Below are positions 54,818 through 63,317 of a DNA stretch of 64,000 bases, in pieces. Source of the stretch: Nitrospirota bacterium (GTDB taxonomy: Bacteria; Nitrospirota; Nitrospiria; 2-01-FULL-66-17); assembly GCA_040757335.1 (NCBI GenBank), contig JBFLXB010000002.1, positions 36,381-100,380 of the forward strand. The letters run 5' to 3'. Position numbers and translations under genes: made by a program. The notes beneath the pieces are model-generated. The model saw only the letters and a list, made by a program, of their open reading frames with translations. It was not told where the DNA came from and ran no database searches. The first letter of the stretch is position 1, and the number at the start of each line of letters is the position of its first letter.

Positions 54818-54873
54818 CCTCGTTGCGCCCTGGCACAGCGCTAACCATCCCGAACAAATCAGGAGGGAAGGCC

Positions 54874-55398
54874 ATGGCTGCTCCCATTTGGAATATGACA
54901 AAGGACAGATCAGGTCGGTTCACGACGTGGGTCGATCATCGGCCCAACAAGCGGTTTGCGATCTTTGACCCCAACACCCCCAACAACGCATCCGATGACT
55001 TAGTTCTCGACAAGGAGACAGGCCTGGTGTGGACCCGTGACGCGAACCTCCACGGCCAGCGCAACTGGCTCGATGCCAGCACGGTGTGCAGAGAGTTGGA
55101 GCTTGGAAACCGGATGGGTTGGCGTCTGCCGGCCATCGAAGAACTGGCCAGCCTGGTCGATCCCAGCCAACAGGATTTGGCGTTGCCCTCCGGTCATCCG
55201 TTTGTCAACGTCCAATACGGATCCGGCGTTCCGGCATACTGGTCGAGCACCAACTACGAAAACCCCACAGGCGCGGCCTGGTTTGTGAATTTTTGGCGTG
55301 GGGCTGGTCCTCACCTCGCCGGGCTGGGGAACAAATCGCTCCCGGGTTTTGTGTGGCCGGTGCGTGGGGGTAGGGGAGGAAACAGTTGGAACTGGTAA
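54874..55398 (+). CDS. DUF1566 (Lcl C-terminal domain-like) protein, 174 aa
   Basis: RBS AGGAGGGAAGG 3 nt before the ATG. DKETGLVWTRDANL...WLDASTVCRELELGNRMGWRLPAIEELASL matches the DUF1566 pattern (D..TGLmW......w..A...C..L...G...WRLP...EL.sL). The upstream ORF-track extension overlaps paralogue 3 and is rejected. Confidence 0.55.
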   Translation: MAAPIWNMTKDRSGRFTTWVDHRPNKRFAIFDPNTPNNASDDLVLDKETGLVWTRDANLHGQRNWLDASTVCRELELGNRMGWRLPAIEELASLVDPSQQDLALPSGHPFVNVQYGSGVPAYWSSTNYENPTGAAWFVNFWRGAGPHLAGLGNKSLPGFVWPVRGGRGGNSWNW

Positions 55399-56744
55399 CA
55401 GGCCGCCAGGCCGTGCGACCCGCCGACCCGGCCAACGCGGGCAGCCGCAATCCGACCATTTGCCTGCTCGGTGCGTCGTTCGGAACCGGGAACATGGGCG
55501 TGAGCGCCTTGACGGCTGGTACGATCAAAGCGCTCTTTTCCCAGTTCCCCCACGCGGAGCTGTTCCTGCTCGACTATGGCAAGGAACGCAAAGCGTACAT
55601 CGTCGACGTGTCGGGCAAGAAGGTCGCCGTCCAGCTCGAAAATATCCGATTCTCGAAGAAGGTGTTCCTGAGAAACAATATCGCGCTGCTGCTGGTGTTG
55701 GCGTTTGTCGCTCGGGCAATGCCGTTCGAGAAGTTGAAGCACAAGATCATCTCTGGCAATCCTTGCTTGAAGCGCCTCTCAGAGGCCTCCGTGGTCGCGT
55801 CACTTGCAGGGGGGGACAGCTTTAGCGACATCTACGGCCTTGGGAGATTCATCTACGTGGCGTTGCCACAACTCCTTGCGTTGTTAGTGGGCAAGAGGCT
55901 TGTCTTGCTGCCACAGACCATTGGTCCGTTCAAGGGAGCGATCGCACGCAATATCGCAAGGCACATCTTGATGAGAGCGGATCTCATCTATTCTCGGGAT
56001 TATGACGGTCTTGACGAGACGAGGAGCCTCGTAGGAGCCGGGAGCAACGGGAGCCGCAGGGTCAGATTTTGCTATGACGTTGGGTTTGTCGTGGATCCGG
56101 TGAAGCCGGACAACGCGAATCTTCCAGAGCATGATCATCAGCGAGACGTGAGGCCTCTGATTGGGCTCAACGTCAGCGGGCTGCTGTGGATTGGTGGGTA
56201 TTCACGCGACAACATGTTTGGGTTGAAGATCGACTATCGGACCTTCATCGCAGATCTCATCGACTTCATGGTCCGAAAGAAGGATGCGATGGTGATGCTC
56301 GTTCCTCATGTTTTCGGCACAGGCGGGGAGAGCGATGCAGTGGTTTGCAGTCACGTGTATGCAGCTCAGAAAGCGCGCTACAATGAACGGCTGCTGATAG
56401 CCAGCGGGGAGTACAACCAGAGCGAGATCAAATACGCGATCGGATTGTGCGATTTCTTCGTTGGATCGCGAATGCACGCGTGCATTGCGGCGCTTTCCCA
56501 ATGCATTCCAACGGTTTCGATCGCGTACAGCCGGAAGTTCGTTGGTGTTATGAGGACCATCGGAGTTGGGGAGCTTGTGGCCGATCCTTGCACGCTGGAG
56601 AACGAGCAGATCTTGACGGTCATCGACCGGGCGTTTGACCAGCGAGCGGTTCTAAGAGCACGTTTGGAGCAGACGATGCCGCGGGTGAGAGAAACTGTGC
56701 TCAATCTGTTTGGCGGTATCGGGGACTGTGGAAAAGGAGCGTAG
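55386..56744 (+). CDS. Polysaccharide pyruvyl transferase family protein (WcaK/CsaB-like)
   Basis: N-terminal ICLLGASFGTGNMGVSALTAGTI resembles the conserved glycine-rich start of PS_pyruv_trans proteins. About 450 aa. Start ambiguous (TTG 55386 / GTG about 55413). Confidence 0.7.
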   Translation: MELVTGRQAVRPADPANAGSRNPTICLLGASFGTGNMGVSALTAGTIKALFSQFPHAELFLLDYGKERKAYIVDVSGKKVAVQLENIRFSKKVFLRNNIALLLVLAFVARAMPFEKLKHKIISGNPCLKRLSEASVVASLAGGDSFSDIYGLGRFIYVALPQLLALLVGKRLVLLPQTIGPFKGAIARNIARHILMRADLIYSRDYDGLDETRSLVGAGSNGSRRVRFCYDVGFVVDPVKPDNANLPEHDHQRDVRPLIGLNVSGLLWIGGYSRDNMFGLKIDYRTFIADLIDFMVRKKDAMVMLVPHVFGTGGESDAVVCSHVYAAQKARYNERLLIASGEYNQSEIKYAIGLCDFFVGSRMHACIAALSQCIPTVSIAYSRKFVGVMRTIGVGELVADPCTLENEQILTVIDRAFDQRAVLRARLEQTMPRVRETVLNLFGGIGDCGKGA

Positions 56745-56774
56745 GTCCTGAAACTCCGCGATGTCCAGGATGTT

Positions 56775-58028
56775 GTGGAGTGGGGGCTCTGCATCGGCTG
56801 CGGAGCCTGCGCCTACGTCTGTCCAGAGAACATCACTCTGGTCAACGTGGTCAGCCAGGGAATCAGGCCACGCCTTGCAAAGAGGCCGTGTGAACAGTGT
56901 GACGAGTGCTTGCAGGTTTGTCCCGGCATCACTCTCTCGCATCAGCCCGGATCAAGCTGGAACCAAGTCATCCCCGACTTGAAGGGGGGCTGGGGTCCAA
57001 TTTTGGAGGTCTGGGAAGGCTATGCGGCTGATCCGGAAGTCCGATTCAACGGATCATCCGGAGGGCTGGCCAGCGCGCTTGCGCTCTATTGCATCGAGAA
57101 GGCCGGGATGCACGGTCTCCTGCACATCGGCCAGGATGACAGTGCTCCGTTACGTAACAAGACATTCTTCAGTACGTCTCGAAAGGAAATCGTGGCGCGG
57201 ACGGGGTCGCGCTACGCGCCGGCTTCGCCCTGTGACGGTCTTGCAACGATCGCGGGTGTACCGGGTCCATCTGCCTTCATTGGCAAGCCCTGCGACGTTG
57301 CTGCGGTCAGGATGGCGCAGTCCCTGAGGAGCGAGCTCGCCGAGAAGATCGGCGTGACCATTGGGTTTTTCTGCGCCGGGACTCCGTCGACCCAAGGGAC
57401 CATGGACCTGATCAGATCCCTGGGAATCGCTCCCGACACGGTGGAGGAGATTCGCTACCGCGGACGGGGATGGCCGGGACGATTCTCGGTCAAGCTGAAG
57501 GGTGAACAGCAGCCGCGGGAAGTGATGAGGTACATGGATTCGTGGGGCTTTTTGCAGAAATACCGACCCTATCGCTGCCACCTCTGCCCGGACGGAACCG
57601 GCGAGTTCGCGGACCTGGCGTGCGGCGATCCTTGGTATCGCAATATCAAAGAGGGGGAACAGGGCCACTCGCTCGTGCTTGTGCGGACCGAACGCGGCAG
57701 AGAGACCCTAAGAGGGGCAATGGATGCCGGATATGTGATCCTGAAACCGGCCGACCCATCGATTCTTGAGGCGTCGCAAATAAATCTGCTCCACAAACGG
57801 GGGGCAGTTTGGGGTCGCGTGCTGGCTATGAGGATGTTTGGGATACCCACGCCACGATTTGAGGGATTTTCGTTGTTCCGAAACTGGCTGCGCCTGTCGT
57901 TCAAAGACAAAGCGCGTTCTGTTCTCGGCACCGCCAGGAGAATTATCCTCCGTGGCTACTTCAGGCCGCAGCGGGTGCACACGGCGTTGACGATCTTGCC
58001 AACTGACTCTCGTGAGACCGACGCTTAA
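56775..58028 (+). CDS. Coenzyme F420 hydrogenase/dehydrogenase beta-subunit (FrhB) family Fe-S flavoprotein
   Basis: Two 4Fe-4S ferredoxin motifs (CIGCGACAYVCP, CEQCDECLQVCP), followed by FrhB N- and C-domain-like regions. GTG start. Confidence 0.7.
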   Translation: MEWGLCIGCGACAYVCPENITLVNVVSQGIRPRLAKRPCEQCDECLQVCPGITLSHQPGSSWNQVIPDLKGGWGPILEVWEGYAADPEVRFNGSSGGLASALALYCIEKAGMHGLLHIGQDDSAPLRNKTFFSTSRKEIVARTGSRYAPASPCDGLATIAGVPGPSAFIGKPCDVAAVRMAQSLRSELAEKIGVTIGFFCAGTPSTQGTMDLIRSLGIAPDTVEEIRYRGRGWPGRFSVKLKGEQQPREVMRYMDSWGFLQKYRPYRCHLCPDGTGEFADLACGDPWYRNIKEGEQGHSLVLVRTERGRETLRGAMDAGYVILKPADPSILEASQINLLHKRGAVWGRVLAMRMFGIPTPRFEGFSLFRNWLRLSFKDKARSVLGTARRIILRGYFRPQRVHTALTILPTDSRETDA

Positions 58029-59220
58029 TACCGACATCCTGATTGTTGGGGGTGGAATCATTGGCCTCACCATCGGGCGAGAATTGTCCGTCAGGTCGCC
58101 AGCGACGAGTATTACGTTGATTGAGAAAGAGCCTTCTGTCGGTGCGCATGCAAGCGGGAGAAATAGCGGTGTTCTCCACGCCGGGTTCTATTACTCGCCC
58201 GACAGCCTGAAAGCAAGATTCACGGTCGAGGGCAATCGCCTCTTGACCGACTACTGCAAACAGCATCAGCTCAAGATCAATCAATGCGGGAAGGTTGTTG
58301 TCGCAAAAGACGACAAAGAGATCGAGTTGTTATACGAGCTGAAGAGCCGAGGGGAGAAGAACGGTGTGGCCCTCCAGCTGGTCGACGAAGCCGAGCTTGC
58401 GAAAATCGAGCCCAATGCCAGGACGCGCCGAGCCGCTCTCTTTTCGCCATCCACCGCCACCGTCAACCCGAAAGAGGTCGTTGCGCATATCGCGGAATCG
58501 CTCAAGGGCAAGGTCAGCATCCTCCTGAATGAGCGACTTGAGCGCAGGACCGACGACACTACGGTGGACACCACCAGTCGGCGAATTCGCTTCAAGTATT
58601 TGGTCAATGCCGCCGGACTCTACGCGGACAAGATCGCCCAGCAGTTCGCCGTCGGCCGGCAATACACAGTCGTGCCCTTCAAGGGGCTCTATATGCAGTA
58701 CAGCGACAATAGCTTGATCGGTAAACACATCTATCCGGTCCCGGATTTGCGGATGCCATTTCTCGGAGTCCATTTCACCAAGACCGTGGACGGAAGGGTG
58801 AAGATCGGCCCCACGGCGATTCCTGCGTTCTGGCGTGAAAACTATCGAGGAGTGGAAAATTTCAAATTCACGGAGTTTCTGACGACAGTGTTCCACGAAG
58901 CGGGCCTGTTTATCTCGAATCACTCGAACTTCAGAGTGCTCGCTCTCGAGGAGATCAAAAAATATTCCGGAACGTATCTGAAGGATCAGGCCTCTCTTCT
59001 CGTCAAGAAAATCGACATACGGCGATTCGGGGAATTCCTGCAGCCTGGAATCAGGGCCCAGCTGGTTGATACGACAACACGATCGCTCGTGATGGATTTT
59101 GTGGTGGAACATCGAGAAAACTCCACTCACGTTTTGAACGCGGTGTCTCCTGCATTTACTTGCTCGTTCTCGTTTAGCAGATTTCTCGTTGATGAGATTG
59201 AAAAGAGGTGGGTCAGATGA
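58012..59220 (+). CDS. FAD-dependent oxidoreductase, L-2-hydroxyglutarate oxidase (LhgO)-like
   Basis: N-terminal DILIVGGGIIGLTIGREL FAD fold. GRNSGVLHAGFYY block typical of the LhgO/DAO family. GTG start overlapping the upstream gene by 17 nt. Confidence 0.7.
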   Translation: MRPTLNTDILIVGGGIIGLTIGRELSVRSPATSITLIEKEPSVGAHASGRNSGVLHAGFYYSPDSLKARFTVEGNRLLTDYCKQHQLKINQCGKVVVAKDDKEIELLYELKSRGEKNGVALQLVDEAELAKIEPNARTRRAALFSPSTATVNPKEVVAHIAESLKGKVSILLNERLERRTDDTTVDTTSRRIRFKYLVNAAGLYADKIAQQFAVGRQYTVVPFKGLYMQYSDNSLIGKHIYPVPDLRMPFLGVHFTKTVDGRVKIGPTAIPAFWRENYRGVENFKFTEFLTTVFHEAGLFISNHSNFRVLALEEIKKYSGTYLKDQASLLVKKIDIRRFGEFLQPGIRAQLVDTTTRSLVMDFVVEHRENSTHVLNAVSPAFTCSFSFSRFLVDEIEKRWVR

Positions 59221-59317
59221 CGGGAACCCACACACGGCTTGCCAATTCAAGGACTTGGGCCTGGCTACGTTTTGCCGTTGTGCGAGATCGTCCTAAAGTT
59301 GGTAGCGGCTCCTGACG

Positions 59318-60628
59318 TCAGTTGACTTGGAGATTGGAAGGCGCAGCAGGAGGGATACTAGCAGAGCTAGAGCTATATTCGAAAGCGCCTATATCCCATG
59401 TGCCGTCGACGCCAAATTTTGTTCCTTCCATATCTACCGCATAATATAAAGAAAGATCCATACCTATGTTTCTCGGATAGCCACTCCCTGTCGTGCTAAC
59501 AATACGATAGTCGTGGCCAGCCCGATTGACAAATGGGTTAGGTGATGTCAGTGCCAGATTGTTCGAGCTTGCTCCGCAGCTTCCACCACTGGAGTAATAG
59601 AGCAAGTTGTTTCGGAATTCAGAACCAGGTCCGCAGTACGTCGATCCGCCATAAGTGACGTTGACAACATTATCAAATGTGTTGTTAAAAATTTTGAGGT
59701 TTGGCACCGTAGACTGTATCTCAATAGCCTTAAGGTTCCCGCTGTCGAGATCATAAAAAATGTTGCCATAAATCTGCCAATTGCTGGCTCCTCCGCCTTG
59801 CTCAAAAAAGATCCCTTCGCCGGTACCATTTGTTTCTTTATGAAAGTCAGAATATCTGACGATTCCGTCCTTAGCGCTCTGAATGTAAATGCCGTTTGGA
59901 TGAAAAGCTTGCCAGTTTACGGCCATTAGATTGTACATTTCTATATATTCGAATATACTGCCATCTGCCCACACGTTGTAGGCACCGGACTCCCAATTCC
60001 AGATCTTCATATGGCTAAACGTGTTTCCTGTGGAGAGAGTCGGAGAGGCAAACGGTGTGACATCTAATCCCCGGCCATCACCGGAATAAGTGACCTCGCC
60101 AGGTCCTTGAATATCGATATACTCAAACGTATTATAATCAGCATCGGCGCCATCGATAAGTGCTATACCTGCCCCTGCAGTGGCTCCTGAGAAATTGATA
60201 TGCCATCCGTGACTTCCACCGCTTCCAGTAGTCCTCCCAGATACCGTTATGTAGTCAATGTCGCCATTTACCACAATGCCGGCCCGCGTTTGTGTGACCG
60301 TCGAATCAAACCCAGCGGACCAACCTGATGCTCCAGCGGAGTCCGGAGCGTCGGCCCTTGCGCGGCGAATTGATAACCTGGAATTGCTGGTACATTTCTT
60401 TTGGAGATTAAGGTCTTGAGTATACATTCCACCAGCGATCCAGATGGAATCGCCACATGACACGGACGCCCAAGTGATGCCTGAGAACCCGTCATAGGCA
60501 TTGCTCCAACTGGTCCCATCCTCCTTCCCATATGCTCCACCATTGGGTCGGACATACCAGTTAGCGGCTTGTACGTCTATAGTGTGAAAGAGGAGTGTTA
60601 AAAGAGTTACAAAGAAAAGACGTATCAT
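59318..60628 (-). CDS. Secreted right-handed parallel beta-helix (pectin-lyase-fold) protein
   Basis: Start taken at MIRLFFVTLLTLLFHTIDVQA (signal peptide) preceded by GGAGGTG. The ORF-track upstream extension is rejected. Gly/Asn/Ser/Thr-rich repetitive beta-helix-like repeats. Locally low GC (about 40-45% by hand count). Confidence 0.6.
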   Translation of the reverse strand: MIRLFFVTLLTLLFHTIDVQAANWYVRPNGGAYGKEDGTSWSNAYDGFSGITWASVSCGDSIWIAGGMYTQDLNLQKKCTSNSRLSIRRARADAPDSAGASGWSAGFDSTVTQTRAGIVVNGDIDYITVSGRTTGSGGSHGWHINFSGATAGAGIALIDGADADYNTFEYIDIQGPGEVTYSGDGRGLDVTPFASPTLSTGNTFSHMKIWNWESGAYNVWADGSIFEYIEMYNLMAVNWQAFHPNGIYIQSAKDGIVRYSDFHKETNGTGEGIFFEQGGGASNWQIYGNIFYDLDSGNLKAIEIQSTVPNLKIFNNTFDNVVNVTYGGSTYCGPGSEFRNNLLYYSSGGSCGASSNNLALTSPNPFVNRAGHDYRIVSTTGSGYPRNIGMDLSLYYAVDMEGTKFGVDGTWDIGAFEYSSSSASIPPAAPSNLQVN

Positions 60629-60816
60629 CGCACACCTCCGTTTTCTGTCTTGAGTTCTTCTGGGTTGTTTGTTGGCGAAACTTTCGTTTGTAGGGCTGGC
60701 CCCCTCGCGAAAGAAAACCCAATCGATCTTCGCAGCGATGACATAGTGGATGGCTATCGCGCGGCGTCTCTGCGTGTTCAGCAACACCTTGAGAAAGAGA
60801 TGCCAAAGTGAGTGAT

Positions 60817-61254
60817 TCAATCGACCGTTTTAATTGCCTCATTTGACATTGGACTTTCACTTCCCTGCAAATTAACAGCCGTAACTGCGAAGTGGTATGT
60901 GCCCGGCGCAAGACCTGCTACCACGTAGGAGATTTGGTTCGGGTTGAGCACTGAGATCAACTGGCTGTCAGCCGTTGTGACCGGCGTTGTCTGGCTATAG
61001 TAGATTTGGTATCCCGCCAGATCTGTCAAGGGTGTGCCGTCTTGATTGGTGGCGGGTTTTTCCCAGGAGAGCGTTGCGGAGCCGACACCTGCTGGGATGG
61101 GGTTCGCTGGGGGGCTCCCGGTGCTTCCCCCTCCGCCCCCACATCCGGGGGCTGTGAGGAGGACGGAGAGGACGGAAATGAGGCCGAGGAGACGTGCCCC
61201 GTGCCTCACGGTCGTTCCGTGGATTGCTGCACCCGCTCTCAGAGTCCGTTTCAT
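60817..61254 (-). CDS. Small lipoprotein/secreted protein with fibronectin type III-like domain
   Basis: Start at MKRTLRAG.. Signal peptide ending LLTAPGC followed by GGGGGSTGS linker. ATLSWEKPATNQDGTPLTDLAGYQIYYSQT..YHFAVTAVN is FN3-like. The 4-nt overlap with the downstream beta-helix gene frame suggests an operon. Confidence 0.55.
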   Translation of the reverse strand: MKRTLRAGAAIHGTTVRHGARLLGLISVLSVLLTAPGCGGGGGSTGSPPANPIPAGVGSATLSWEKPATNQDGTPLTDLAGYQIYYSQTTPVTTADSQLISVLNPNQISYVVAGLAPGTYHFAVTAVNLQGSESPMSNEAIKTVD

Positions 61255-61820
61255 AACTGTCGGCACCCCATCGTTTGGGTGGCCATCGCCCGCCCGCTTC
61301 ACCGGCACTTTGGATGGCTCACCAGTCTCGTTCGGGATTAGCAATACATGTGCCGAAAGATCCGCCAACACCAACTGCTCATAGTATATTGAAATTGCTG
61401 AATTTAGCGATCGTCAGTCCCGCGAGTTGTTGCCAGAAATCCGGCAATATCGCCGAAATCGAGTTCACATCACAAAACTGAGATTTCGCAACCGTAACTA
61501 AGCAACGATATGTCCTTGCTGCGAAGAAGTCAACGATGACGCTCTAAGTTTAGTGGTTCTATACATGAGGTCTTCCGATCACGGGCCAGTCTGTTTGCAG
61601 GGGAGGGGTGCGTCGACGACCGGTTGTCGTTGTCCATGTCTGCGCGGTTTGACTCCGCCGGGAGCGTTGTGTACTCTGCGGCCTCAGCGGTCTTCGGATT
61701 CCGGCGGCGGATTTGGTCCATGCTCGGTCGCAAAGTGAGAGCAGAATTCCGAATCGGTTCAGCGTTCCTCGATTGGTGAGCCCCACGACGCTGCGGGTTT
61801 CGAGACCGCTCCATCGCTCT

Positions 61821-63179
61821 GTGGGGGGCGCGCGGTCGACTTCGTTCAGGCCCACGCGGTCGGGGTCATCAATCCTCTGCCCGACGATCATCTGGTGTCT
61901 GCTCTTTGGCGTTGGCTTGCCGGCCATTGTGGAGACGCGACCCGCTTTCTCGGCACCGCGGTCCCTCGGTTCTGCTGTTGCTCGGGTGGAGGGTTCGGAA
62001 ACACGGCCTGCTTACTCGGCCCCGATCAGCCTTGACTCATCGCTCACCTTGGTGGCGCGTTACGACAACAATTTGTTCCTGTCGGAAACTGACCCGGTTG
62101 GTGGCTTCAGCACGGTCGTCGCTCCTCGGGTCAACCTTCAGCTCGATGAGCGCCTCATTCGGAGTCAGATTCGGTATCAGGCGGCGGCAGAATGGTATCG
62201 CCAGCAAGCCGACCTCAACCGGTTCACGCACCAGGGCGAGATTGAGGCGGCACTGAAGGGGTTGAAACGGTGGGTTCGCCGTCTCGACCTCAGGCTAGGG
62301 GGGTCATACACGCGAATGACGGAATTGCCCGGGACCTCCCTCAGTGGTCAGGCGGTGTCTCGAGGCGGTGTGCTCTTTCCGGCCACCATCGAAAGTACGG
62401 AATGGCGCGGATCCGTGATTGCCGGCTACGCGTGGTCCAGGCGTCTCGAATCCAGCCTTGAGTACACGTACGTGGCGACCTACTTCGAGGAGGTCGAAAC
62501 GAGCCTGGTGACATCCACGGCGCCCACGTATGACTCGATTGTTCACGATCTGCAACTAGGGCTCGGCTATCGTCGGTCCACGCGTACGACCCTGACGCTG
62601 AGACCCGCCGTGAGTACGACCCGTACGGTGCCATCCGGCACGGCGTTCGCGGCAAACACGGATTCCCGGACGGCGGCTCGGCTCACGGCTGGTGTTGAGT
62701 ATTCGTCGGCATCGAGTTTGAGGTTCAGGGGCGAAGCCGGCGTCTTGGCGATTGAGGACGACCAGACCCGCCTTGCCTTAAACCTGGATCTCGTCCGGAA
62801 CTGGAGTGACACCCAGTTTCGTGTCAGGGCTCAACAAGACTCCGGCATAGGAGGGGGTGTGACCGATACTGTTTCGGTCACGCGGAGCCTGACCGCCGAC
62901 GCGTTACGGGGGATGGGACGGCACACACAGGCCAACGTGCAATTGGGCATTGTGGGAAACTTGGCGGCTCCGACGCTTGGGACCGATGCCTCGGTCCGCG
63001 TGGTGACATTCATGGCGGGCGCCGGCGTGGAGCACGACCTGACGCGCTGGCTCACAGCTCGTCTGGACTACAGGTCGCTGACCCAACGTTCCTCCGGCAT
63101 CCCCAACGTGGGCGGGCAGCGTCACCTGTTCCTCGTGACCTTGACGGCCACGGCACCGCAATGGCAGTCACGTCCGTGA
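61821..63179 (+). CDS. Predicted outer-membrane beta-barrel protein (unknown family); start uncertain
   Basis: In-frame GTG at 61821 gives an N-terminus with a signal-peptide-like n/h region (..RPTRSGSSILCPTIIWCLLFGVGLPAIV). Body has alternating-hydrophobic amphipathic strands with Y/T/R/S/G-rich loops. Ends ..APQWQSRP. The ATG at 61713 is an alternative start. Confidence 0.45.
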   Translation: MGGARSTSFRPTRSGSSILCPTIIWCLLFGVGLPAIVETRPAFSAPRSLGSAVARVEGSETRPAYSAPISLDSSLTLVARYDNNLFLSETDPVGGFSTVVAPRVNLQLDERLIRSQIRYQAAAEWYRQQADLNRFTHQGEIEAALKGLKRWVRRLDLRLGGSYTRMTELPGTSLSGQAVSRGGVLFPATIESTEWRGSVIAGYAWSRRLESSLEYTYVATYFEEVETSLVTSTAPTYDSIVHDLQLGLGYRRSTRTTLTLRPAVSTTRTVPSGTAFAANTDSRTAARLTAGVEYSSASSLRFRGEAGVLAIEDDQTRLALNLDLVRNWSDTQFRVRAQQDSGIGGGVTDTVSVTRSLTADALRGMGRHTQANVQLGIVGNLAAPTLGTDASVRVVTFMAGAGVEHDLTRWLTARLDYRSLTQRSSGIPNVGGQRHLFLVTLTATAPQWQSRP

Positions 63180-63250
63180 CTCCTGTGTGTAGCCCGTGCT
63201 GTGCCACATCCAATGATCTCAGAGTGTTACAATAGCCTGCATGCAGACAG

Positions 63251-63271
63251 AACCCGGAACGGGTTTCGGTT
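63251..63271 (+). terminator. Candidate hairpin terminator (AACCCG-gaa-CGGGTT followed by TCGGTT)
   Basis: Seen directly. Lies between the outer-membrane barrel gene stop and the rfbB start. Weak T-tract. Confidence 0.3.
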
Positions 63272-63317
63272 AAGAGGACCTGACCCAGCACCGGCATCTC
63301 CTTAGAGGAACGACGAC

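Noticed and set aside
54634-54873. 80-codon upstream extension of the DUF1566 ORF
   Set aside because: Overlaps methyltransferase paralogue 3 out of frame. A strong RBS (AGGAGGGAAGG) precedes the internal ATG at 54874, where DUF1566 similarity begins.
60629-60820. 64-codon N-terminal extension of the beta-helix protein ORF
   Set aside because: A signal peptide begins at the internal Met (MIRLFFVTLL..) with GGAGGTG upstream. The extension would place 64 residues before a signal peptide.
61255-61374. 40-codon N-terminal extension of the FN3 lipoprotein ORF
   Set aside because: Signal peptide/lipoprotein features start at the internal MKRTLRAG. The extension is not hydrophobic.
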